Of a DNA stretch of 64,000 bases, positions 21,235 through 41,207 are shown one piece after another. The stretch lies in the NCBI RefSeq assembly GCF_009914755.1, contig NC_060943.1; one strand, written 5' to 3'. Each line of letters opens with the position of its first letter. Position 1 is the stretch's first letter. The notes under the pieces were generated by a model. The model had not been told where the DNA came from and made no database searches. It saw only the letters and a program-made list of their open reading frames with translations. Source of the DNA: the human T2T-CHM13v2.0 reference genome, Homo sapiens. The position numbers and the translations under genes are program-made.

Positions 21235-24200
21235 GGGGTTCAGAGGCTCTGTCTCTTTTATCTCAAATCCCACCAATAGCCCTTGATAAATCTACAGGTG
21301 GGACCCAAGCTAGAAATTTTCACTTTCCTAATAGATTCAGGAGTAGCTCGCTCCTCTGTTTGCTACCTTTCATCAAATGTAGCCTGCTCTGCAGAGGAGC
21401 TGTTCGTCACGGTGGTAAAGGGGGAAAGGTTTAGAACAAAAATTTTGGAGGAAACAGAAGTTAAATTCAAGAATAGATCAGCCGCCATTAAATTCATGTT
21501 AATCCCTGATGCAGGGACAAATTCGTTAGGAAGGGACTTAATGTTTAAATTGGGGATAGGTCTATATGTTAATCAGGGAAAATTATTTACTTCCTTAAAC
21601 TTGCTTACCGCCCCTAAAGAAAGCCAAATCCACCCTGATGTGTGGTTAAAGGAGGGAAATCAAGGAAGATTCAAGTTCCGCCAATTCATATAAAACGAAA
21701 ACCTCCTGGGGAAATAGTAAAAAGAAAACAACACCCCATTCCCCTAGAAGGCAGAATGGGTTTAAAACCTATAATCAAAGGTCTCATCCATGACAGACTC
21801 CTTGAACCCTGTATGCCTCCTTATAACACTCTAATGTTGCCTGTAAAAAAGTCACATGGATCACGGCTAGTGCAAGATATCTGGGCTATTAACCAAATAG
21901 TCCAGACTACTCACCCTGTGGTCCCCAACCCTTATACCATTATCAGCAAAATCCCATATGACCACCAATGGTTCATGGTAATAGACCTAAAAGATGCCTT
22001 TTGGGCTTGCCCCTTAGCAGAGGACAGCCAGGACATGTTTGCTTTCAAATGGGAGGACCCTCACTCCAGTTGGAAGCAACAGTACTGATGGACAGTCCTG
22101 CCCCAAGAGTTTGTGGACTCCCCAAATCTATTTGGTCAAATTCTAGAACAAGTCCTAGAGAATTTTCCCCTCCCCTCATCCATATATCCGCTCCAATATG
22201 TGGATGACCTGCTAATTTCAGGAGGCACCAAGGGCTGGGTAACAGCAGTATCAATTAACTTTCTAAATTTTCTGAGGGAACGCGGATTGCTGGTCTCAAG
22301 GAGTAAACTCGTTTGTGGAACCTGAGATAAAATACCTAGGATACTTAATAAGCAAAGGCAAACAGAGATTAGGCCCCAAACGAACTGAAGGAATCATAGC
22401 CGTACCTTTGCCTGAAACAAAATAAGGGCTTAGGAAATTCTGGGGGTTGACTGGATATTGTCGCTTATGGATTGACTTTATGCTTTAAAAACAAAGCCTC
22501 TATGCCTGAAACTTACTCAAGAGAGACCTGATCCTCTTCTTTGGACACCACGGGAGGTCCAACAAGTAGAGGAATTAAAACACCTGCTCATAACTGCCTT
22601 AGTTCTACCTTCCCTAGAACAGCCATTCCACCTCTTCGTCAATGTGAATAAAGGGATAGCTCTAGGGGTGCTCACCCAAACACACGGGGGCCACCGGCAG
22701 CCTATAGCCTTTCTGTCAAAAATTCTTGACCCACTAACCCACAGGTGGCCCGAGTGTATTTAATCTGTTGCAGCAACTGCCCTATTTACAGAGGAAAGCA
22801 GGAAGATAACCTTTGGGGGAAACCTCACTGTAAACACAACCCATCAGGTTAGAACCATCCTAAACCAAAAAGCAGGCAGATGGCTTACCGATTCAAGAAT
22901 CTTAAAATATGAAGCTATCTTACTAGAAAAAGATGATTTAACCCTAACCACAGAAAAAACACTCAACCCTGCCGCTTTCCTAATGGGAAATCCAATCCCC
23001 AGGACCCTGAACATAAATGTCTGGATCTAATCTGTTATCAAACTAAAGTCAGGCTTGATCTAAGCGAGACCCCATTCAAAACGGGGCAACACCTGTTTAT
23101 AGATGGCTCCTCCCAGGTATTTGAAGAGAAAAGACACAATGGGTACTCGGTAGTCAATGGGGAAGCCCTCACAGAGGTAAAGTCAGGAAGACTGCCCAAT
23201 AACTGGTCCACCCAAACATGTGAATTGTTCACATTAAATCAAGCCATAACTGGGAAAGGGACTATTTACACTGACTCCAAATATGCCTTCGGGGTAGTCC
23301 ATACTTTTGGAAAGATCTGGACTGAATAAAAGGCCAGGACCTTGTCCACAAGGAGTTAATCACTCAGGTATTGGAAAATCTCCAGCTACCAGAAGAGATA
23401 GCCATCCTGCGTGTCCCAGGACACCAGAGAAATATTTCTTTCAAAAGCCAAGGAAATAAACTTGCAGACCAAATAGCCAAACAAGCTGCCTCTTCTCCCA
23501 AAATGCCCATTTTTCACCTAACCCCTTGTCTTTCTTCCCCAACTGCAATTCACATCTTCTCTCCCACTGAAAAAGAGAAATTAAGGAAAATAGGAGCTAA
23601 AGAAAACTCAGAAGGGAAATGGATGTTACCAGACCAAAGAGAAATGCTATCAAAACCCCTAATGAGGGAAGTCCTATCTCAACTGCATCAAGGGACTCAT
23701 TGGGGACCTCAAGCTGTGTGCGATGCAGTTCTCAGAGTTTATGGGTGTATAGGAGTTTATACCCTAGCAAAATAAGTTACAGATAGTTGCCTAATATGTA
23801 AGAAAACTAATTTAAAAAAACCCTAAGGAAACCACCTTTTGGGGGAAAAAGCCCAGGATTGAGACCATTCCAAAGTGTCCAAATTGACTACACCAAAATG
23901 CCCCCAATAGGCCACCTAAAGTACTTGCTAGTAATAGTGGACCACCTTACTCACTGGGTGGAGGCTATTCCCTTTTCAAGTGCAACTGCTAATAATGTGA
24001 TTAAGGCATTAGTAGAAAATATTATACCCAGGTTTGGACTGATAGAAAACATTGATTCAGACAATGGGACCCACTTCACTGCACATGTCATTAAGGGACT
24101 AGCCTAAGTACTAGGAATAAAATGGGAATATCATACTCCTTGCACCCACCCTCATAAGGAAAAGTAGAAAGGATGAACCAGACTCTAAAAAGCCACCTAA

Positions 24201-24700
24201 CCAAATCAATTTTAGAAACTCAGTTACTATGGACTAAGTGCCTTCTCACTGCCTTATTAAGTGTCTGAACTGCCCCTCAGAGAGATGTTGGCCTATCTCC
24301 CTATGAAATCCTATATGGGTTGCCTTATCTACACTCTACTACTGACATTCACTGAAACAAAGTTTGTTTCATTTGAAACAAAGGATCAGTTCCTCAAAAA
24401 TTATATACTCGATCTGTCTTCCACTTTCTCTTCCCTCAGGATGAAAGGCTTCCTAGCACAAACACCACCCCTGGAGTTCCCGGTACATCAATACCAGCCT
24501 GGGGATCACGTTCTCATCAAGAGTTGGAAGAGGGAAAGCTTGAACCAGCTTAGGAGGACCTCATCTGGTACTCTTGATGAATGAAACAGCAATCTGAATG
24601 GCTGAAAAAGGATGGACCCAGCACTCCAGGTAAAAAGGACCCCACCCTTACAGAGTCATGGGCTGTCACTCCAAGACCAATGCCTTCCAAGTTAGTATTC
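21235..24700 (+). pseudogene. HERV-I pro-pol remnant (PR, RT, RNase H, IN) with many stops and frameshifts
   Basis: ORFs at 21283, 21642, 22113, 23371, 23859 and 24261 carry retroviral motifs. Confidence 0.88.
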
Positions 24701-26610
24701 AAAAGGGTCTAATCTGTCTTTCCCTTCTTCCCTTAACTACTCAAGGACACTTCATTATCAATGTAACCAGATCACTCTCTCCTCAAACAATCACGTTTGA
24801 CGCATGTCTTGCCATACACTTTGGGGACCTCCAAAACCAGAAGCAGCTATCCTCCTTGTAGAAATATCTCTGTCCTTCCAGGGTAGATTCTAACCTCTTA
24901 CATTCACGCAACTCTTGCTTGGTAGAAGCCGAAACCCTTACGTTTTGGGAAAGGTTCTGCTCCACCTGGAACAATGTCCTATGGACTACTAAGCATCAAG
25001 GGTGGACCTCCCCAGGAAGCTGCGCCTCTTTAAAACCATATCTTCGTTTCACCAAAGGAAATGCCCCCTCTAATTGCCAACATCATCAATGCAACCCAGT
25101 GCAAATTTCTATCTTACCCCTACCTCCATCGATCTTGAGCCCACTTTAGGTCTTTTCTATGGCATAGGAACCGAAGTGGGCTGAGACAGATCCCATAGGG
25201 TCCTTTGAAATGCGCTTTAGCAACCCTTCCCCACCTCCTAGGGGTAACCCCTCTCCAAACCCTCCTCCAAATCAAACAACTATTTTGCCACTACCTAATG
25301 ACAAAACTAAAGTGGTCATAGTGGAAGTCAAAGACTTAAACCCTAGCCATTGAAACCGGGTATCAGGATGCAAATGCCTAGCTGGAATGGATTAAATATT
25401 CCGTTCATACTCTAAACAAAAGTGACTGTTACGCTTGTGCAACAGGTAGGCCAGAAACAAAAATAGTTCCTTTTCTGCTTGGATGGTCTAACCAACCGGG
25501 TATGGACTGCATGGTAGCTCTTTCCAGCATCCCACAGCCTGGGGTAATAAGTCATGCGGCACTCTCTTACTGCTTTTCCCAGAAGTGAAAGACCGCCCTG
25601 TGTGTCAGCCCCCAAGGGCCATCCAGCTCCCAGCGTCTGATGCCAATTTTTCCTCATGTCTCTCACAACAGGGAGAAAACTTGGCATTCTTTGGGAATCT
25701 AACAGGATGCAGTGAACCCAAGCCTTTTGAAGAGCTCACCAATCAGACTGCCCTTGTCTATCCATGAGCAGATGTTTGATAGTATTGCGGAGGCCCTCTA
25801 GTGGGTATGCTGCCAAGCAACTGGAGTGGCACTTGGGCTCTAATCCAGTTGTCTATCCCTTTCACCCTGGCATTTCATCAGCCAAACAAAAACCAACTAA
25901 CTCAGAAAAAAAGGAAAGCCCCTCAAGGGTCCTTTGACCCCGATATCTACATAGATGCTATCGGGGTCCCCTGAGGGGTACCAAACGAATTCAAAGCTCG
26001 AAATCAAATAGCTGCTGGATTCAAGTCTGTCCTTTTCTTGTGGTCTACTATAAATAAAAATGTAGACTGGATAAATTACATATACTATAACCAACAACGA
26101 TTTGTCAGTTACACCAGGGATGCCATTAAAGGAATAGCTGAACAATTGGGTTTCACCAGCCAAATGGCCTGGGAAAATAGAATAGCTCTTGACATGATAT
26201 TAGTGGAAGTCCAATGTTGTACCTGTATCCCCAATAATACAGCCCCTGATGTAACTATCACTAAGGGTCTATAAGGCCTCACCACTCTAGGAAATGAACT
26301 AGCTGAAAATTCGGGAATGAATGATCCCTTTACAGGTGTAATGGAAAAAATGGTTTGGTAGATGGAAAGGACTAATGGCCTCTATTCTCACCTCCCTTGT
26401 GATCATAATAGGGGTGCTCATTCTCTTAGGGTGCTGTATTATACCCTGTGTCTGCGGACTAGTTCAAAAGCTCATAGAAACAGCCCTTACCAAGACCTCC
26501 CACAACTCTCCCCCACCCTATTCAGATAAACGTTTATTTCTAAGCAACCAAGAAGAGCAGTGAAGCCAGATCCTGTTAGAAATATATGAAGAGGAAGGAC
26601 TACAAAATCA
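24700..26610 (+). pseudogene. HERV-I env remnant
   Basis: Signal-like LLPLTTQGHFIINVT, furin-like RKKRK near 25905, TM ectodomain, hydrophobic TM LTSLVIIIGVLILLGCC. Confidence 0.85.
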
Positions 26611-26622
26611 AAAGGGGAAAAT

Positions 26623-27021
26623 TATTAGACAAAATGAGTTGCTCTACAAAGGTCCAACTTCGTTGTCCTTTGTTCTGTAACCTTTGTTCTGTAAACTGCC
26701 CTTCCCGCAGAAACTGTCTTTCCCGCCGACCAAAACTGCCCTTCACTATCACTGTAATCCATACCCCTACTCTATTTGAAACTGCCAATCGGGATCAGCT
26801 TACATTGTGTGGTTCAACCACCAGCCAATGAGGAAAAAACACAGAAGCAAAAGCTATGATGCATTAGGGTTAAAAACCCCTTCCTTTCCCTGTCCAATGT
26901 GCTCTTGAGACTGCTACAGGCGCAAGCAGCCACCTTCTGCAGAAGTAAACCTTGCCTTGCTGAGAAATTTTTCTTTTGAGTGCTGGTCTCTCTCTGTGGC
27001 ACCAAGAACTTATTTCTAACA
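26623..27021 (+). mobile_element. 3' LTR, LTR10 family (possibly LTR10B-like; subfamily uncertain)
   Basis: Follows the PPT; CCAAT boxes, TATA-like ggttaaaaaccc, AGTAAA poly(A) signal, ends ...ctaaca. Confidence 0.75.
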
Positions 27022-27129
27022 TGGAGTGATTTCCAAGATAGATGGTTAAGTGAAAATAAAAACTGTTGCCAGGCACGGTAGCTCATGCCTGTAATCCCAG
27101 CACTTTGGGAGTCTGAGGAGGTTGGATTA

Positions 27130-27423
<294 letters not shown>

Positions 27424-27462
27424 CTAATCCCAGCACTTTGGGAGGCTGAGGCAGGTGGATCA

Positions 27463-27729
<267 letters not shown>

Positions 27730-28019
27730 TTATTCTGAGTATAGGGAAACACTGATAGGATTATTCTGAAAATAATAAGATTCAGAATCTATTGGGGATG
27801 GATGGGAACAGCTAGAACAGAATGGTGGGGTAAGAACAAGATGGAGGCTGGGCGTGGTGGCTCATGCCTGTAATCCCAGCACTTTGAGAGGCTAAGGCGG
27901 GCGGATCATGAAATCAAGAGATCAAGACCATCCTGGCCAACATGGTGAAACCCTGTCTCTACTAAAAATTCAAACATTAGCCAGGTGCGGTGGTGCATGC
28001 CTGTAGTCCCAGCTACTCA

Positions 28020-28630
<611 letters not shown>

Positions 28631-28646
28631 TTCCTGCCTTTTTATG

Positions 28647-31600
28647 TTAATAATGCAGGTGGACTGCAGGTGGGGTACTATAGATGACTAAGTAGGGTCT
28701 GGTCCATTGAGGTTGTAGAGTTTGAGGGGTCAAATTCTTAACAAGAACTGATTGTCCAGCTAGGGCGTCTTCATATGGCTGGGAATCTGGAGTAGGCAAG
28801 AGAAGATTAGCAGCCTGGCGAATTTCCTGTCTAGCCTGCTGGAGGACTGGAAGATAGTCACCTAGAGGGCTGGTGTCTGGCAAGAGGTTGGGGCCTAACA
28901 AGAAGGTATGTCCATATAAAACTTCAAATGGACTATACCCTGTAGCTTCTTGAGGATAGGCTCTAATTCTAAAGAGGGCAAATGGTAACAGTACTGTCCA
29001 GTCTTTTTTAAGTTGGAGACTGAGCTTGGTGAGGTGTGTTTTTAACAGACTATTAGTTCTTTCTACCTTTCCCAAAGATTGAGGATGGTAAGGGGAATGG
29101 AGGTTCCACTGGATGCCGAGGGCCTGGGAGATGGCTTGTGTGATCTGACTAATGAAGGCCAGTCTGTTATTGGACTCTATAGAGGTGGGAAGGCCAAACC
29201 GAGGAATTATGTCTGACAGAAGGGAAGAAATGACCATGGTGGCCTTCTCAGACCCTGTGGGAAAGGCCTCTATGCATCCAGTGAATGTATCTACCCAGAC
29301 AAAAAGGTATGTTAGTTTTTTGACTCAGGGCATATGAGTAAAGTCAATCTGCCAGTCTTGGGTGGGGGCAAATCATTGAGCTTGATGTGTAGGAAAGGGA
29401 GGGGGCCTAAGATATCCCTGAGGGGTGGTAGAGTAACAGATGGAACACCGAGAAGTAATTTCCCTGAGAATGGATTTCCATGATGGAAAAGAAATGGGAG
29501 GTTCTAAGAGATGGGCCATTGGCTTGTAACCAACATGAAAGAGGTTATGAAAGGACGATAAGATAGAATGAGACTGTGAGGCAGGAAGGAGGAATTTTCC
29601 TTGATCCAAGAACCATTTGCCTTGAGTAGGAAGGGATTGATAGGTCATAGTTTTAGTGGGAGTATAGGTGGAAGTGATAGATGAGAAGGAAAAAAAATGG
29701 CCATGAGGGACAGATGTGGGAATACTAGCTGCTTCTTTTGCTGCATTATCAGCATAAGCTTTGCCTTGAGCAGTGGGATCTGGTGACCTCTGAGGCCCCT
29801 TGCAGTGAATGACTCTGGCTTCCTTGGGCAGTAGAGCAGCCTTAAGGAGGATTTTTATTAAGGAAGCATTGATGATGGAGGACCCTTGTGTCATGAGAAA
29901 ACCTTTTCCTGCCCATATAATAGCATGGTGATGTAGGATGTGGAAGGCATACTTGGAATCAGTGTAGATATTGACACATAGTCCCTTTACAAGGGTGAGA
30001 GCCCCAGTTAAAGCAATGAGTTTGGCTTGTTGAGAGGTAATGGAAGGGTGCAGGGCAGTAGCTTCAGTGACCGATGTGGAAGACAATACAGCATAGCCTG
30101 CCCTTGTTGGTGACCGACGATTTGGCCTTGAACTACCATCAATAAACCAAGTGTGGTCTGGATTAGCAACAAGAAAGAGGGAAATATGGGGAAATGTGGA
30201 GGATGCCATATGGATTAGAGAGATACAGTCATGAGGTTCAGGTTTGGTGCTAGGTATAAGGTGAGAGGCCGAGTTGAAGTCTGTGCCAGGAACAATGGTA
30301 ATTGTGGGAGTTTCAATGAATAGTGAGTACAGTTGGAGGAGTCTGGGGGCAGAAAGTATATGCACCAAGTGTGAGGAGGAAAATAGATTTTGAAAATTAT
30401 GAGAACTGTAGAGTAAGTGGGGCATGGTTTGTGATCTTGAGGGCCTCTGAAAGTATTGAAGTGGTGGCTGCCAGCACACATAGACATGAGGACCAGCCTA
30501 GAACTGTGAAGTTAAGTTGCTTGGATAGGAAGGCTACAGGCTGTGGGTCTGGTTCCTCTGTAAGAACTCCAACCACACAGCCTTGTATTTCAGCCGTACA
30601 TAAGGAGAAGTATTGGGATGAGTTAGGGAGTGCTAATGTGGGAACTATTTCTAGGGCTGTCTTTAAGGAATGAAAAGAAGGGTGGGAAAAACTTAGGTTC
30701 TATGGGGTTGGTCAGGTTTCCCTTTATGAGTTTATGTAGGGGTTTAGTTAGGATGGCAAAACCTGGTATCCAAAGGCAAAAGTATCCAACCATGCCTAGG
30801 AAGGAAAGGAGTTGTTGCTTTGTAGAAGGGGTTGGGGTTTCAGAGATTAGCTGGACCCAGTTAGCAGGGAGAACACGTGTGTTTTGATGACAGACTATGC
30901 CAAGATAGGTAATGGATGGAGAAGAAATTTGGGCTTTAGAGGGGGATACATGATTCCCCTTTGAGAATAGATGTTGAAGGAGCAGGAGGGTATCCTGTTG
31001 GGAAGATTCATAAGAGGGGATGCAGAGGAGAAGGTCGTCCACATATTGAATAAGGTGAGAAACAGATGGACAGAAAGAAAGTAAATCATGAGAAAGAGCT
31101 TGACTAAAGTAATGGGGGTTGTCTCTGAAGCCTTGTGGCAGTACAGTCCAGGTAAGTTGCTGAGATTGGTGGGTGACAGGATCAGTCCATGTGAAAGCAA
31201 AAAGAGGTCGGGATGAGGGGTGCAAAGGAATAGTGAAGAAAGCATCTTTGAGGTTGAGGACAGAATAATGAGTTGTTGAGGGAGGTATTGAGGATAGGAG
31301 AGTATATGGGTTTGGCACCACGGATGGATAGGTTAGACAATTTGGTTAATAAAGCAAAGATCCTGAACCAACCTGTAAGATTTGTCTGGTTTCTGGACAG
31401 GTAGGATAGGGGAGTTGTAAGAATTTGTAGGCTTTAAAAGGCCATGCTGTAACAGGAGAGTGATAGCAGGCTTTAGTCCTTTTAAAGCCTGTTGTGGGAT
31501 GGAGTACTGGTGTTGAGTGGGGTAAGGGTGATTAGGTTTTAATGGGATGGTAAGGGGTGCCTGATCAGTCACCAAGGAGGGCATAGTGGTATCCCATACC

Positions 31601-32050
31601 TGTGGATTAAGGTAGGGAGACATGAGACGAGGATGCAAAAGAGGCTTGGAATCAGGCATAAGGACAGCAATGAGGTGTGGCTATAGTCCAGGAATAGTCA
31701 AGGAAGCAGATAATTTAGTTAAAATGTCTCAGCCTGATAAGGGAACTGGGCAGGTAGGGATAACTAAAAAAGAGTGCATAAAAGAATATTGTCCAAGTTG
31801 GCACCAGAGTTGGGGAGTTTTAAGGGGTCTAGAAGCCTAGCCATCAATACCCACAACAGTTACAGGGGCAAGGGAAACAGGCCCCTGAGAAGAAGGTAAA
31901 GTGGAGCGGGTATCCCCCATATCAATTAAACAGGGGATGGACTTAACCTCCACTGTAAGAGTTACCCAAAGCTTGGTGTCCATCATGGTCCAGGGGGCTT
32001 CTGAGATGATTGGGCAGCATCAGTCTTCAGCCGCTAAGCCAAGGAGATCT
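28647..32050 (-). pseudogene. HERV-H pro-pol remnant
   Basis: ORFs 31333-31659, 30623-31321 (RT), 29373-30479 (RNase H and IN N-terminus), 28647-29237 (IN core and C-terminus). Confidence 0.9.
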
Positions 32051-32099
32051 GGGAAGGAGTCAGCTAAGGAACGTTGGATTTGAGCTCCAGGAGCTTTAG

Positions 32100-33450
32100 G
32101 AGTGGTGGTCATGTGAGTCAGAGAGTCTGACTTCCAGTGGGGGCCCTCACAGACAGGGCACGGCTTACAAAGAATCCCAAGATATGGTGGCACTTGGCAG
32201 CTTTTTCTTGGTTACTGAACACCTTGAAGGCGAGGTTGATTAAATCCTGTTGTGGGGCTTGAGGGCTGGAATCCAATTTTTGGAGTTCTTTTTCTAATGT
32301 TAGGAGTGGATTGGGTGATAAAATGCATATTAATGATAAGGGGGCCTTCTGTCCCCCATGGGTCTAGGGCTGTAAAGCATCTAAAGGTAACTGCTAATTG
32401 GGCCATAAACTGGGCTGGGTTTTCGTCTTTACATTGGGTAGTTTTCTTTAGCTTGTCATAATTAACAGCACTGTATGCTGCCTTTTTGAGCCCCTCAACT
32501 ATGCAGGAGACCATGTAATCTTGCCTAGCTATACCTGGGGATTCCGTCTGGTATTGCCAATGGGGATCCTCTCAGGGAATTGCCCTGGTGCCCTCTTGGA
32601 GGTCTGGCTCATGAAGCCAGTGGGTGTCTTTGTAGGACTGGGCTAGAAAATAAACTCTTTCTCGTTCGTCTGGGAAGGGGGTAAAGGTCAGGATGACATT
32701 TAAGTCACTCCAGGTTAAGTTGTAGGACTGAGTTAGATATTGGAATTCCTGTATATATTTAGTGGGGTCCTATGAGAAAGAGTCTAAATGCTGGCTCATT
32801 TGGGAAAGGTCTGATAGAGAAAAAGGCACATGTACCCTCACTATGCCTTCAGCTCCAGCCACCTAAGAGGAAATTTTTGGGCATGTGGGGGAGAGCTAGT
32901 CACAGAACAAAACTATAAGCCAGACAGGGTGTGAGGAGGGGAGGTAATAGAAGCGTTATAGGGTGGGGTAGCAGAGGCTGCAGAAGAATTGGGACCCAAT
33001 TCAGCCTGGCGAGGAGCAGCTGGGGGAGGAGGAGAGAGGTCAGAGGGGTCAGTGGAAAAGGAGGATTCAGAGGACTCTGAGCTTGGGGTGGAGAACAAAG
33101 AAGCAGACGGGAGAGAAAGAAGGAAAATCTGGGACAAGTCTCATTGGGAGCAGAAACTAGGGAGGGAGTAAAGTGTAAAAAATGCCTGGACATCAGGCAT
33201 CTCAGACCATTTGCCCAATTTTCAACAAAAATTATCTAGGTCTTGTAGGATAGACAAATCAAAAGTGCCTTTCTCTGGCCACTTGGAAAAACTGTCAAGT
33301 TTGTATTGGGGCCAAGTGGTATTACAGAAGAAAACAAGACGTTCAGGTTTTAGGTCAGGTGTTAGTCAAAGGGGTGTTAGGTTTCTAAGAACACAGGCTA
33401 AGGGGGAAGAGAGAGGAATGGAATGCAGAAGGTTGCCCTTAGTGGAGAAG
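32100..33450 (-). pseudogene. HERV-H gag remnant
   Basis: PLACVLRNL (MA), ATPPYN late-domain region, VEGLKKAAYSAVNYDKLK..ENPAQF (CA/MHR). Confidence 0.85.
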
Positions 33451-33956
33451 GTAAGTTTAAAGAGGAAGGTAGACACATGGAGAAATGGAGGTGGGCAGCT
33501 ACCAGTCTTCCAGTAGGCATCCCTGACTGAGTCCTGGGCTTTAATGTGGGTGAGCAGCCAAAGCAGGCATCCCTGCAATTGACCTGCCATCAAGGGAATG
33601 TGGGTGAATGATCAAGGAAGGCATCTCCGCAGTGATCAAACGCCAAGGGAAGACTGTCTTCCCAAGTCCATGACCAACATCGGAGTCTTTGGATGCACGG
33701 ATAAAATGTGTCTCCTTTTTGTCTCTACTAGGAAGGGAGAGAAACTGAAACTGAAAGAAGAGAGATTGAAGGGAGGTGAGAGAGGTTAGGTAGAGAGCAA
33801 AAAAACCGCTTATCCAAGTGCAAAAAAACCGCTTACCGATTTGAAATTAGTGAGACGATCCTTGGGCTGGCTGGTCTGATGACCCGAGGTCATAGGTGGA
33901 TCTCCTCATGGAGGGAGTGTAATGACAGGGGATGGGTCTCCTGAGGAGTTCTAATG

Positions 33957-33974
33957 TCCCAGGTTTCAGCACAA
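33957..33974 (-). other. Primer-binding site, tRNA-Phe type
   Basis: TTGTGCTGAAACCTGGGA compared with the Phe PBS TGGTGCCGAAACCCGGGA (15/18, two CpG transitions). Confidence 0.8.
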
Positions 33975-33976
33975 AA

Positions 33977-34463
33977 TGTTACATGCGTCTGAGTAAAGAG
34001 AGCACCTAGCAGGCTTTGTGCGAGCAACAATGGCTGTGTATTACATCCGGATGTGGATGGGCTGTCCAACAAAACAGTCAGCAAAGGGTGGTGGGATTAT
34101 CATTAGTTCTCATAGGTTTGGGATAAGCGGTGGAGTTAGGAGCAATTTTTTTTGTAGGCAGTGGGGTGGACGTTACAAAGTACATTCTCAAGGGCGGGGA
34201 GGATGTTACAAAGTACATTCACAAGGGCGGGGAGGGTGTATCATCACAAGGGTGGGGAGGAAGGTTACAAAGTACATTTACAAGGAGAGGAAAGGTGTAC
34301 TGTCACAAGGGCCAATGGCAGGGTACATTCACTAGGTGGGGGAGGATGTATCTTATAAAGTACATTCACAAGGGCAGGGGAATATCACAAAGTACATTAT
34401 CACAAGGGCGGGGGGATGTCACAATGGCTTGACCATGGTATGGCCAGCTCAGAGTACCTTACA
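33977..34463 (-). mobile_element. HERV-H 5' LTR (LTR7C-like, 487 bp)
   Basis: Starts TGTAAGGTACTCTGAGCTGGCC on the minus strand; internal ~33-bp repeats; followed by the PBS. Confidence 0.88.
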
Positions 34464-34479
34464 GTTCTGATGTTTAAAA

Positions 34480-41200
<6,721 letters not shown>

Positions 41201-41207
41201 AGGACAT

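Larger units (their letters stand above)
20120..27021 (+). mobile_element. HERV-I / HERVIP10-family provirus, 5'-truncated (no 5' LTR, PBS or MA), defective gag-pro-pol-env plus 3' LTR
   Basis: Gag CCHC CFRCGKLGHFKTEC at 21138-21179; gag stop TAG-G at 21232; protease LIDSG; RT LQYVDD; IN QIDYT and IDSDNGTHF; env TM MAWENRIALDMIL; PPT aaaaggggaaa; LTR10-type end ctgcagaagtaaac...tttctaaca. Confidence 0.88.

Noticed and set aside
29373-30479. 368-aa ERV ORF as a domesticated gene
   Set aside because: A partial RNase H/IN fragment between frameshifts, with no proper start and a degraded catalytic motif (QQAKL where the Glu is expected)
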